A DNA stretch of 64,000 bases, from the NCBI RefSeq assembly GCF_009914755.1, contig NC_060946.1; one strand, given 5' to 3'. A program made the position numbers and the translations under genes. Source of the stretch: the human T2T-CHM13v2.0 reference genome, Homo sapiens. This document shows, piece by piece, positions 46,321 through 60,494 of the stretch. Position 1 is the stretch's first letter. Each line of letters begins with the position of its first letter. The notes beneath the pieces were generated by a model. The model was not told the origin of the DNA. It saw only the letters and a program-made list of their open reading frames with translations, and searched no databases.

Positions 46321-46950
46321 CTAAAATGAACGAACAAATGAACAAATGAAAGAAAGAAAGGAAGGAAGGAAGGAAGGAAGAAGAAGGGTGGAAGAAAGGG
46401 AGAAATGGGGATGGGATCTAGTGAGCAGGTCTTCTGACTCCTAAATCAAGAACTCTTTTGACATTTTTGGGTCTTATGCCTCTGGAGAATCACCCACACA
46501 ATCCTGCACAGTTTTGGGGGTTCCTGATCCCTTGTACAGGTCTGCAGTAGTCGAATCCCTATACTGCTCGTTGAGAACCCTGTATCCTATGCCACTCAAC
46601 CCTGTCCTGAGGACACAACTGATGCAAATGCACTTCATAAAAGCCCAAAGCACGGCACACACTTCAGTTAACTCACCTGGAACCACAAGGATGCGCTGAG
46701 CCATAGTCCCCGGCACACACTGCAGGACTCCTAACACCATTCCTCTGCCTCCCTATTCTCAGCGGCCGCTGCCCCTCCCCAGGAGCTGCTGCCAGCTAGG
46801 GACATGCTAGAATGCCCATTAATGCCACTTTAGGCCAGAAGCTGGTGTTGGCAACCTCAGAGGTGGGGGCTGCCTGAGTCCTAACTCTGGATCCTCCACT
46901 GACTCAGCAGGATCCTGCCTCTCCTCCCCTAAAATCATCTTAGGGCATAG

Positions 46951-47367
<417 letters not shown>

Positions 47368-49769
47368 TGATCTGCCTGCCTCGGCCTCCCAAAGTGCTGG
47401 GATTAGCCACCGTGCCCAGCCAGCATTCCATCTTATACGGGGGAAACTGAGATACAGAAAGGAAAGGTCACTTGCCTGAGATGCCTTACCGAGAAGTGGA
47501 AGTGTTGGCGTTCAGCTGTGGGTCCGTCTGACCTTGGAGGTGACTTCTGAACTATTAGGGGACTAAGCCTCCCCAAGCAGTTACTGCTGATTGCTCAAAG
47601 GCAGCTGCTCCCCTTCACACAGAGGGTCTATCCTTGGAAACTTGTGCCAGGGACATTCTGAGTAAGGTAGCAGATTTACGTTCATTAGACTTTCTCAGAG
47701 GATGCAGTTTGCTGAACCTCAGGTTGTCTCTTCATCTGCAGTCATAAAATATTCAAGCCAGAAGGCACTCTGGTGATTGGAAATGCTAATCTCTGTAATT
47801 TTTTTTTCTTTTTTTTTGAGACAGGGTCTCACTCTGTTGCCAAGGCTGTGGCGTGATCATGGATCACTGCAGTCTCAACCTCCTGGGCTCAGGTGATCCT
47901 TCTGCCTCCACCTCCCGGATAGCTAGATAGCTGGAACCACAGGTACATGTCACCATGCCTAGCCAGTTTTTTGTATTTTTCGTAGAGACAGGGTTTTGCC
48001 ATGTTGCCCAGGCTGGTCTCAAACTCCTGGGATCAAGTGATCCTCCCACCTCAGCCACCCAAAGTGTTAGGATTACAGGTGTGAGTCACCGTGCCCAGCC
48101 CATTTTCTTTTTAGAGACGGGGCCTCGCTCTGTTGCCCAGGATAGAGCGCAGTGGCATGATTATAGCTCACTGCAGCCTCAAACTCCTGGGCTCAAGTGA
48201 GTATCCCACCTCAGCTCTCCAAGTAGCTGGGACTTCAAGCATGAGCCACTGCACCTGGCTAATTTGAACTTTTTAATTTTTTTTTATTGTAGAGACAGGG
48301 TCTTGTTTTGTTGCCCAGGCTGGACTCAAACTCCTGGCTTCAAGCAATCCTCCTTCCTCCTCAGCCTCCCAAAGTTCTGGGATTACAGACATGAGCCAAC
48401 ATGCCTGGTCTAGTCTTACCTTTTACTAATGCGGAAACTGAAGCCCAGAGATGCAGAGATGTGCCTAAATTACAGTTAATTAGGAACAAATGTAATCCTC
48501 AAATCCAGATCTCCAACATTCATGTCAAAACTCCCTAAAATCAAACAACATCGGCTGGGGAAAGAACATTCAAAGTCTCCCAGTCCAAGCCTCTCATTTC
48601 ACAGTAGGAGAAAGCTTGACTCAGAGAAGAGTGGAATATGCCTAAGAGTGACATGCAGGCAGGCAGAATGCACCATCAATGAATCGAAAAGTTAGTTTTT
48701 TACTATATGTGCCCTAAGGCATATAAAGTGACTTCTCCGAGCTTCACCTTTGAAATGGAAATAAAATTTACAGTATAGGGTTCACTGTCAGGAGGATAAA
48801 TGATTCATGAAATGCCCTTGGGCCAGCACCCAGCACTTAGTGGGTGCTCAATGCATGGTATCTATTATTAATACTGCTAGAACCTTGTCATTTCCCCCTC
48901 TGCCATTCTGCCTTCCAGGTCAAACCTTTCTCAGTACAGTATAGTAGGTAAGACTGGGGACTACTGCTTCAGCTACTTGTCAGCAGGGTGACTTTGGACT
49001 GGTTACTACCCAGCAACTCTGGGCCTCAAATGTCTCATCAGTAAACTGGGGACAGAATAGCAGTACCCACCAGACAAGGCTGTGGGAGGGGGAAATAATG
49101 CATGTGACTGGCCTTCACACAAAGCCAAGCACATAGTCAGTGCTCAATAAATGCGGGCTACTACTGTTACCAATTACTTCCACAGCCATGTCTCATGTCT
49201 GTCACCATCCCAGACTGCAGGGAGTCTGGTCCACCAGCAAGTGGCCGGTCCCCAACCTCCAGGGCTCTCCAGTCTCAAGAGTGCTGACGCAGCAAGGGAA
49301 GGAGCTCCCAGTACATCCACACCGGCTCTCCTGACTCAGCTCTGATTTCTCAGGTGCCTGTGTAGGGTCGACAATTCTGAGCATGCTGGACGAAATCCCG
49401 ATTTTTGCATTCATGTAAGAGTCTTGGAAGAGCCCCCTTTTCACACGTGCAGAAACTGAGGTCTGGGGAGGAGGAAGAGGCTGCTGCCCACGGACACACA
49501 GGTGCCAGGACCAATGTCTGGGGAGGAGGAGAAGGGCGCTGTTCACGGAAACACAGGCGCCAGGGCTTGATGCACCGGTGTCCTCGCTTGTGGCTGGGTC
49601 CTTCTGGGACGATCCCCTTTCCCAGGATCCCGCCCCTAGGAAGAGCACCGGCCATGCCCCTACCTGAGCCCCACCCCCTGAGTTCTTTGAGCACCGCTGC
49701 CCCCAGGCCGTTACGATGAGGGAAGCCACGACAGCCAAGGCTACGGCTACCTTCCTGCAGCCCCTGGGG

Positions 49770-50045
49770 ATGCCACTGATGCGACGCCGCGGCGGCCAAG
49801 GCGGGGCTGAAGGCGGCGCGCCCGGCTTCCCTGAGCCAGTTTGGAGGAGCGCTCTTCAATCTTCCGAGGCCGGATGAAGCATTCGGGCGTTCCCACTGCG
49901 GAAGGGCGGGGATGGCTGTGACGCAGGCGTGCCCGCCGTCGCCTGCAGGGGGCGCTGTTGCTGGCGCGATTCTATCAAGCGCAGAGCCAGCCGAGGCAGT
50001 ATGCCGAGGCAGAGAAACCGGTTCTGCAGTCCCAGGGCCTCGGTT
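49770..50045. promoter_or_regulatory. Small orphan CpG island with CTCF motif
   Basis: CpG-dense non-repeat stretch; CCTGCAGGGGGCGC at 49942-49955 matches the CTCF core CCASYAGRKGGCRS with one mismatch. Confidence 0.7.
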
Positions 50046-51753
50046 TCCCCCTCTGGAGAGTGTTCGTTTGTGACAGGGTCTCGCTCTGTTGCCGAGGCTG
50101 GAGTGCCGTGGCGTGATCTCGGCTCACTGCAACCTCCGCCTCTCCAGGTTTAAGCGATCCTCCCACCTCAGCCTCCCGAGGAGCTGGGACCACAGGCGCG
50201 CCACCACACCCAGCTATTTTTATTTTATTTTATTTTTTGTAGAAATGAGGTTTTTCTGTGTTGCCTGGGCTGGTCTCGAGCTCTTGGGCTCAAGCGATCC
50301 TCTCGCTTGGCCGCCCAAAGTGCTGGGATTAGAGGTGTGAGCCACTGCACCGCCGAAAGTGGGTTTGATGACAATGTTGTGAGGCTACAGTGGAACCCAG
50401 ATAAATTTATGAAAGGAACCAGAAGACACTGATAAATAACCAAATTACTTAACCTCCCTACACCTGTTTGTTGATCTGTAAATGGGGATAATTGCACCTC
50501 CCTTCCCTGTGGATATGCAAACGTGGAAAAACACATAAAGGGGCTGGCACCTTATAAGCACCTAGTAAAAGGCAATGACTGTGATCACAGGCAAAGCACC
50601 CTGCCAAGCCAGAAAACAACATCCAAGTCCTGGTTCCTGTCCTCACGGAGCTCCAGTCGCAGAACCAGAGGCGAGGCAGTGAGAACCAGGCCTGCCCTCG
50701 GTTTCCTCATCTGTACCACTGATGGTCTCTAAGGCTCTCTGAGCCCAGCTTTCTTCAATGCTGGCTTGTGAAATGCAGCCCAAGATGGATTACAGTGACA
50801 TGAATAACATGGAGTAGCATCTATGGGAAGTCACCGCTGAATCGCATTTATTCATTCAACAAGCTTTACTAATACTCTGGTACCAGGCCCTAGGAATACA
50901 ACATTAAATAAGAGATGGCTCTTGCCCTTACAAAGCTCCCAACAGTCCAGTCAGGAGAGAAATAAATAGCCCTTCAAATACCGTGTTGGGATTAGAACGA
51001 GCAACTGTGGGAGCCTAAAGAAAGCAGTTATCACAACCTTGGGGTTAGCAAAGCTCCTGAGGGAGCAGGTAACCTGGAACGTCTCAAGGATTAAGAGGAG
51101 TGAGCTGAAGAGTCGGAGAGTGAATACTGGGGCAGAGAAAGGATTTCAGACAGAAAGCCAGGGTGCAAGAGAATGTGGCAGAATGAATAATTTCATGGCG
51201 GTGGACCCAGAGAGTAGAAGAGGTTCAGGTAGGGAAGGACACAACTGCCCCCTCTGCCCAGCCCCTGCCCCCTCCTAAGCTGCCACCAGGGAACATTCTG
51301 TGTCCTTCTGCCTGGGCCTCAAATGTCCCCCCATTTGTTCACCCACTGTACACACCCTGAGCCCCCCAGGTGCAAGAGCCACTCTCTGTCCCCTCAGCTC
51401 ATGGTCTAGGAGGAGTCAGAAGGCATGGGCACCAGGGACTCCAGTATATGTCATCCCCTGGATCCCAGGACATGTACTTAGATATGGGCAGGGCACACGG
51501 CTCCACAGAGAAAGGACATGGAGGATGAGGGAGAAAGGAATTCCCAGGAGAGGGCCAGTCCTGAGGTGGGACGGGGTGGCATTCTAGAGCCAGACTGCAA
51601 AGTTTTGAATCCTGGTTCTGTGCTTGGCAAATGATTTCACCTCTTCAGGCCTGTTTACTCACCAAAGCTTCTTAGAGTTGTGGAGCCTAGGGCCGGGCGT
51701 GGTAGCTCACGCCTGTAATCCCAACACTTTGGGAGGCTGAGGCGGGTGGATCA

Positions 51754-51963
<210 letters not shown>

Positions 51964-51972
51964 TCAAAATAC

Positions 51973-51993
51973 TAGATAGATAGATAGATACAC

Positions 51994-52038
<45 letters not shown>
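51973..52038. repeat. (GATA)n tetranucleotide STR in an Alu tail
   Basis: Two GATA blocks separated by CACA. Confidence 0.95.
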
Positions 52039-52039
<1 letters not shown>

Positions 52040-52871
52040 AGAGTTGTGGAGCTTAAATGAGATCATGTTTGTAAAAGTCTATGTGAAAGACTCTGTGGGA
52101 GCTCGAACGATGAGCCTGGAAGGTTGGCTGAGGCCAGATCCAGAGTCAGTTCTCCTGCTCTAGGGACACTGGCTCAGAATGCACATCCCCAGGCTCCATC
52201 AGAGATTCTGACTTGGATGATCTGGACGAGCCCAGGAATTTGCAATGAAATTCTGTGGTGACCACCACACAAGCAAAACGTTTAATAAAAAGTATATTTT
52301 CTCCACTAACTCCCCCTAACAGACAGCAAAGACCTCAAGCCCTGCTTCCTCTTTCCTCTGCCACTTAACCTCCCCAAATGCCAGAAGGTAGTTCAGGCGC
52401 CCAGCAGAGCTGTCCCTGCTGTGTGTGGCCAGGTCCCTGGTTCAGGTTCACTCTGGGCTCCTGCAGTTTTCCATGCACACGGAGTGCCTCGCTCGGGGCT
52501 GAGGCAGAGGTTTCAGAAACTTTCTTGGCATGTCTCTCTCATGCTGGCATCTGCTGTCTTTGGCAGTGCCAGGCTGCACCCGAGTCCTCCATGTCCCCAC
52601 ACAGCTGCAGAGAGACAAGCCAGGGTGCAGCTGCCCCTGGGCAGGGGAAGCTTCATGTCCACCAAGCCTGGGGCCATGCCCACTTGCAGGGGCTTTTCTT
52701 CTTTTCTTTTTTTTTTTTTTTAAGAGACAGGGTCTCACTCTGTCACCTAGACTGGAGTGCAGTGGCACAATTATAGCTCACAGAAGCCTTGAACTCCTGG
52801 GCTCAATGATCCTCCCAGCTCAGCCTCCCAGGTAGCTGGATCTACAGATGCACACAACCACACCCAGCTAA

Positions 52872-53054
<183 letters not shown>

Positions 53055-53057
53055 TGA

Positions 53058-53228
<171 letters not shown>

Positions 53229-53925
53229 TGAGTAGCTGGGATTACAGGCACGCACCACCACACCCGGCTAATTTTTGTATTTTTAGTAGAGACAGGGTTT
53301 CACTATGTTGGCCAGGCATCTTGAACTCCTGACCTCAGGTGATCCGCATGCCTTGGCCTCCCAAAGTGCTGGAATTACAGGTGTGAGCCACTGCACTCGG
53401 CCCCCAACATTCCAATTTAAACTCTGGCATGAATCTTTCTCTCAAATGTACTATGGGCTCCCTCCTTCTCCCCCAGAATAAAGAGATGAAACAGCACTGA
53501 AACCTTTTCTTATTTTTTTCCTGAGAGTCAGTATGGATAGTGGGAGGTGCAAGGGTCCTGGACAAAGCCTAGATGTGAGCCACAGCCCCTCCACCACCTC
53601 ACTCTGTGGCCTTGGCAGGTCACTTTCTCAGTGTCGATGTTCTACTCTGTAGAGGACAGTGACCTTGCACAGCTGACAGAGTTGTTGCAGACACCACGTA
53701 TGTACGTGGAGCACAGCAGGCAGGTGCCCACCACGTAAAGGATGACAAAGCTGTTTTCTCCATTACTCAAGATTTAAACTGTGAGCCCAGGTGCAGTGGC
53801 TCACGTTAGTAATCCCAGCACTTTGGGAGGTCGAGGCGAGTGGATCACTTGAGGCCAGGAGTTCAAGACCAGACCAGGCTGGCCAACATGGCGAAACCCC
53901 ACCTCTACTAAAAGTGCAAAAATTA

Positions 53926-54126
<201 letters not shown>

Positions 54127-56659
54127 TTATCTATCTCTTCAGTCAGGATCATCCAGAAAGCTGAGCTAGTCATCATTTTAACTTCCTGACTATACTGCTT
54201 GGGAAGCCTCCTTCCCTCAAGACAACCAGAGAGAGTATAAAAACCTGGGGGAAAAGAAACAAATTTTGATTGAGCCAATTTTCAATCCCCCTTGCTTCCA
54301 CCAAGGCACCAGAAGGAAGCCCTAGAGCAAAGACCCTGGCCAGCTGTGATGGAATCAGGAAAGTGCTGGGTCCAGTTGGGCCTGCCTTGAATGCGAGATG
54401 TACAGTCTTGTAGTTCAGTATTCCTCCTGCAGAGCCCATCAGACCTGAGTTCAAATCCCAGCTCCACCACTTATCAGATGTATAACCTGGGGCACGTTAT
54501 TCAACCTGAGCCATCATTTTTTAAAAAACTTATTTATTATTATTATTGAGATGGAGTCTTGCTATGTTGCCCAGCCTGGTCTCAAGCTCCTGGGCTCAAG
54601 TGATCCTCCCACCTTGGCCTTCCAAAGTGCTGGGATTACAGGCATAAGCTACCATGACCAGCCTCTCTTCATTTCTCAAACCATGACATGGGGATAGTAA
54701 TGGTATCTATTTCATAGGATTGCAAGAATAAGAGAGGCCAGGCATCTCCTCCTTTCCTTAGATGACAGCCTTCATTCCCATTGCTACTTAGCCTCTTGCT
54801 CTAGGTAAGAAGAGTAATGACAGCCCTGGGGCACTTGTAACTTGGCAAGCCCCAGTTACTAGATGAAAGTCCAATAAACCATCTCACTCTCCATCTTGGG
54901 AACCACAGCCCAAGAATCATTCATCCATAATCTCCCACAGCAGGAACTAGAGCAGGGGAGATAGGGTGGACCTGTGACCCCATCCACCAGTTCCTGGCCT
55001 TTGGGGTAGAATCCAGCTTCCCACCTGGTGCAGTCCCAGGGCGGCAGATGGGCGGGCAGGCAGGCAGGCAGACCTGCTGCAGGCCTGAGTCTGCGGTGGC
55101 TGGTCCCTGGGGGTTAAGGCTGTGGGTGGAAGCTAGGAGGGGGAGGCTTATGCAAAACTGCACACAGTTTAGTTTTTTGCTGTCTGTGTCCTAAACGGAG
55201 TAGACATGGGGAGACTGCCGCCCTTTTATTATAAATCAGATTCAAACGCGGCAAAAAGACGGCATCTCTAAGGAGGGAGAGGAGAAAAAAGGAGGGAGAG
55301 GAAGGAAAAGGGGAGGAATAAAGAGGACAGAGAAATTGGGGGGAAAGAGGGAGGGATATAATAGAGGGAGAAGGAAGGGAATGCAGTGGAGAGAGGGGCA
55401 AGAGGAGAGACGGAGAATGTGGGACATGACGGACATTCACGGGGAAAGGAAGCAAGAAGAAAGGCTCAGCACTTCCTAAAAGGAATTGCTGAACATAAAA
55501 AGGAACAGGCTGTGCAGGAGCAGGGTGAGTCTGCAGACAACAAAGCCAGCAAGGTTGAGCCTCAGCAAAGGGGACTACACAGCTCGGGCTGGGAGGCTTC
55601 AGGCCCCAGGATGGGGGCCACACTTTCAAGACCTCCTTCTCCAGTCAACCTGCGGGCAGCCTCCCTAGGGCCTGGAACTGTCCAGATGCCCAGTGCTAAA
55701 ATGTCTGGGTGATCACGGGCCTCTCAGGCAGAGCCTCGCAGTCATCCTGAAACTATTTGCTACGCACCCACTATATGCCAGACAATATTCCGAGCACTGG
55801 AGATGTCAGCAGTGAATAAAACAAACAAAAATCCCTGTCCTGATGAAGTTCTATTTAGTGGAGAAGATGCATAGTAGCATGTCAGAAAACGTCAAGTCCT
55901 ATGGAGAAAAAACAAGCAGGAAAAGAGAACGAGGAATTTAGCATCTGCACCTCAAACAGTGGTCACATGTAGCTCCCACAGAGGTGACACAGTGTCAGAG
56001 GGTACCCAGGCCGGGAAGTAGGTTCTCACATACAGGCTATGCTGATGTTGGGTCATGGGCCACAGAGACTCACAGATGGGTGATCTGTCAGAGGCCAGAC
56101 CCCAACCCCAGCCCCAGAAAGCTGCCCATCCCCTCTCTGAAGGCCTCTCAATCCTCTACCCTCAGACCATCTAGGCCTCTACTATGCAAGAGAAACAAGT
56201 TTCCACCCTGTGTCCTGTGCCAGCTCAGGTCTGGATGAGTTGAGACACTGGGCTCTGCTGTGTCACTGAGTCAACTCAGGCAACCCACTTCCTCACTCGG
56301 GTCTCAGTCTACTTGCCTATAAAATAGGGACAATGATCCCTGCCGAGTGAACAGTGAGTAGCAGCGAGGCTGGTGGCTGTTTAAGCGCCTACTGCTTTAT
56401 CCTTCACCCTGCAAGTATGTTCCTGAAGAGCACCAGCCTTGGGGTCCACAAAAGCCCAGGGACAGCAGGGGCTGAGACCCAAATCTCAGTGTGCCTTTCA
56501 GTGTGAGCCACTGGACCCTTGTCCTGGAGACACTTGGGGACAAGAAGGGCCCAAGAGCAGTTAAGTTTGGGAAACTCAGCACACTCTACTTGCCTCTGGG
56601 AGATTCACAATGCTCACTGCCAAGTCCAGGCTTTGGGAAGATAACTCCAAGAACTGCGG

Positions 56660-56690
56660 GTGGATGGATGGATGGATGGATAGATAGATG
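56660..56690. repeat. (GGAT)n/(GATA)n short repeat
   Basis: tggatggatggatggatggatagatagatg. Confidence 0.8.
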
Positions 56691-58023
56691 AATATATCGT
56701 TCTACTCACTTCCAAATGGTAAGAATCACAGGGAGGAAAGTGAAAGCGATTCGAGCCCCAAGGACTCAGGGCAGAACCATTCACAGCCCCTCCAGACCAC
56801 AAGTTTGGCTGGAAAACAGACGGAACTTATTCATTCATTGATTCATTTACACAACACAGAGTGGTAAGAGCAGCATTAGAGATTAGCACTGGGAACCATG
56901 GGAACCACCAGGAGGGGACAATTAACTAAATGTGGGGGTGAAGGCGGCCAGGGATGGCTTTCTGGAGGTGAGCCTGAAGGGTCCTTTGGGGGAACTGACC
57001 TCAGGGCTCCAGCCCTCATGCCATTTTCTCCAGCCACAAGAGTCATGCTTGGGGCTTCTTGGACTACATAGGCAGCTTCAATCTGATGGCTGTGGCCCCT
57101 TGGCCTCAACAGAATACATCTTGGAGCCCCCTTTTTACCCCAAACCCCCATTCCTCCTTGCTGTCAGCTGCTTGTGAGCCTTCTCACATCCAGAGAATGT
57201 ATCAGCATTGTGCAGACTGAAAAGACCCAGAGGAACAAGGCTCCAATGGCAAAATTCCAAGTAGAATGACAAATAAATGGGGAGCCATCTGAGAGCAAGG
57301 GAGTCCTGCCCAACACCCGCCCCATGCCTTTCTCAGGGACCTCAGACCAGCCACTCACCTCCATCCTCCCAGCACCACCTGCAACCAGCCCCTTGCCCTC
57401 TGCAAACTGGAGCACGACTGGATCTTTAGATGGGGGAAAAATGCTTCATCATGTTCTGCTGCTTCATGCAAAACCAGAAACTCCCTCCCCCTCTTCCCTC
57501 CTCCCAGCGCACTCTCCTTCCAGTAAAAAGTGGTTAAAGGGACAGCGCCATCAATTTCCCAGCTCTGAGGGTCTGCTTAGAACTAGGGGGCTGGAAGGAG
57601 ACAGAGGGCAAAGAGAAAGGAACTGGCAGAGGTCTTTCCTGGGGGATATGTCTGTTCTGTCCTGGGGATCCTGGAGCAGGAAAACCCGCGTAAAGTAGGG
57701 GTGTAGTGGGTGTTGAGATAACTGCCTGGGGGAGGTTCAGAGTGGAAGTACGAGTCTACAAACTCTCAAGGGCGTCTCAGGGCTCCCAGCATCCCCAGGG
57801 GTCCTTTCGCAGGGGTCCCTAAGCAGGAGGGGAACAGCCCAGAAAACACGGAACTGGACCCCCGACAGGAAGTCCAGGGAGGGGTCCCTGGCTCACTATG
57901 TGACCCTGCTGGATCACTTGCCTCCCCTCTCGGGTCCCCTCAGCACAGTGTCCCTCCCTTCCTTCCCCTAAAGTAAAAGCAGAGGGTTAATCTCTTTCCC
58001 CGCCCCACGCCCAACAAAGAGCA

Positions 58024-58044
58024 GGCCCTGTCCCCGGTGCTGAA
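58024..58044 (-). promoter_or_regulatory. RE1/NRSE (REST binding site) upstream of NEFH
   Basis: Minus strand reads TTCAGCACCGGGGACAGGGCC versus consensus TTCAGCACCNNGGACAGCGCC (1 mismatch). Confidence 0.85.
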
Positions 58045-59537
58045 GCGCCAGCCGCAGCACCACCCCCACTCCCACAGCATAAAACATGAGCCAAAACCAA
58101 TAAAGAGCCAAATGTCACAGCCGTTGCAGGGCCCCCTAAATCCTGGGGACCCCTTCTTCTACCTGACATCCTATTGGGGTGAGGGACTTTGGTACTCAGA
58201 AAGCATCTCATCACTTCCCTGTAAGAGAGAAGGGATGCCGACTCAGGCGCCTGCTTGTCTGTTACAGGAGTGGGGGAAGAGAGGACAAGTTGAGGCTGAG
58301 AAGATGGGGAGGGGGAGGGAGAAAAGAGGACTTCCTAGTGTTGACAGAACGGCAAGATGTGGGTTCCCCATCCCCAGTTCAGCCAGAGACCCCTCAAAGT
58401 GGAACTTCCTGGGGCAGTCGGGGGTCAGGAGTTGGAGCTTGTCTCTGGGGCAAGACCCCTTCGTTGTACAGATGGAAAAACAAGGGTGGGAGGACACAGC
58501 TTGTCCAAGGTCATTCGACCAGCAAACTGCCTAGCTGACCCCAGTGTGCAGAAGCTGGCTCGGGTGACACCCATCATTTCCCCCCACCCCACACAGGGGC
58601 CAGCTCTCTCAACTTCATGCCCAAGCCCTCCTACGGTACCCCCACTGTAGGTTCTCTGCCCCTCAAACTCAGCCCAGCTTTCTCCTGCCTGTTCAGGGGA
58701 CCTTCTGCCCGCTTCGCTGAGGGTCCGTCCCCTTTACTGGGGCTGGCAGCAGGGTCTCCCATCTCCTCTCTCGGGGGCCACTGCAGACTTTTTAGAGAAC
58801 GCCTTGCCTCCCCCCAACCCCACCCATCCGGGGTTCCCTCTCTCCATCCTCTGCAGTGTCTCCCATACCCCCATTCAGGGTAGCCTTGCTATTCTCCCCA
58901 ACTCCAGGTCCCCCTTCATCTATTCCGGGGCTGGCCGCGGAGTTTCCTGAGCGCTCTCCAAGTGGGTCCTCTAGATGTTAGGAGAACACTGTACCTCCCC
59001 CGGTCAGGGGTCTCCTGTCTCCGTTCTATGGAGCGTCCATGCTCCCATTCAGGACTGCCTTGCTCCCTCCTCTGTTCCGGGGCTGGCTGCACAGTCTCTG
59101 CACCCCCTATCCTGAAAGCCTCTCTTAACTATTTGGAAAGCCTCGTGTCCTGTCTCATACAGGGATCCCCTCATCCTAATGACTGCAATCTTCCATTGCT
59201 CCATCCCGAGGGCATCCTGCCCCTATTCCCATCAGGTTTCTCCTTGTCCTCTCCCTGTTTCAAGTCCCCTTTCTTATTCCGAACACACTCGCAGGCTCTT
59301 CCGACGCGCACCCGGGGGTCCTCACTGGCCCACTCCGGGAGTCCTCTGCCCGCTTCCCCGACCTCGAGGGTCTCCTCTGACGCAGCGTCGATTCCCCTTC
59401 CCTCCTCGGTCCCCTGCCCCGCCCCTCTCACTGCGGCGGAGCCGGTCGGCCGGGGGGCCGCAGGGGAGGAGGCGGAGAGGGCGGGGCCCTCCTCCCCACC
59501 CTCTCACTGCCAAGGGGTTGGACCCGGCCGCGGCGGC

Positions 59538-59544
59538 TATAAAA
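59538..59544 (+). promoter_or_regulatory. NEFH TATA box
   Basis: TATAAAA 74 bp upstream of the ATG, preceded by GC boxes (CCCCGCCCC ~59417, GGGCGGGG ~59479). Confidence 0.9.
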
Positions 59545-59611
59545 GGGCCGGCGCCCTGGTGCTGCCGCAGTGCCTCCCGCCCCGTCCCGGCCTCGCGCAC
59601 CTGCTCAGGCC

Positions 59612-60494
59612 ATGATGAGCTTCGGCGGCGCGGACGCGCTGCTGGGCGCCCCGTTCGCGCCGCTGCATGGCGGCGGCAGCCTCCACTACGCGCTAGCCCG
59701 AAAGGGTGGCGCAGGCGGGACGCGCTCCGCCGCTGGCTCCTCCAGCGGCTTCCACTCGTGGACACGGACGTCCGTGAGCTCCGTGTCCGCCTCGCCCAGC
59801 CGCTTCCGTGGCGCAGGCGCCGCCTCAAGCACCGACTCGCTGGACACGCTGAGCAACGGGCCGGAGGGCTGCATGGTGGCGGTGGCCACCTCACGCAGTG
59901 AGAAGGAGCAGCTGCAGGCGCTGAACGACCGCTTCGCCGGGTACATCGACAAGGTGCGGCAGCTGGAGGCGCACAACCGCAGCCTGGAGGGCGAGGCTGC
60001 GGCGCTGCGGCAGCAGCAGGCGGGCCGCTCCGCTATGGGCGAGCTGTACGAGCGCGAGGTCCGCGAGATGCGCGGCGCGGTGCTGCGCCTGGGCGCGGCG
60101 CGCGGTCAGCTACGCCTGGAGCAGGAGCACCTGCTCGAGGACATCGCGCACGTGCGCCAGCGCCTAGACGACGAGGCCCGGCAGCGAGAGGAGGCCGAGG
60201 CGGCGGCCCGCGCGCTGGCGCGCTTCGCGCAGGAGGCCGAGGCGGCGCGCGTGGACCTGCAGAAGAAGGCGCAGGCGCTGCAGGAGGAGTGCGGCTACCT
60301 GCGGCGCCACCACCAGGAAGAGGTGGGCGAGCTGCTCGGCCAGATCCAGGGCTCCGGCGCCGCGCAGGCGCAGATGCAGGCCGAGACGCGCGACGCCCTG
60401 AAGTGCGACGTGACGTCGGCGCTGCGCGAGATTCGCGCGCAGCTTGAAGGCCACGCGGTGCAGAGCACGCTGCAGTCCGAGGAGTGGTTCCGAG
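59612..60494 (+). CDS. NEFH: NEFH exon 1 (neurofilament heavy chain head and start of IF rod)
   Basis: gccATGATG start; MMSFGGADALLGAPFAPLHGGGSLHY...; IF helix-initiation motif EKEQLQALNDRFAGYIDKVRQLE; donor CGAG|GTACGC after 60494 (883 nt, phase 1). Confidence 0.98.

Noticed and set aside
59570-59611. In-frame GTG upstream of the NEFH ATG (321-aa ORF in the track)
   Set aside because: It lies at about the expected TSS (~30 bp after TATA), too close to the cap; the ORF's C-terminal tail is intron read-through.
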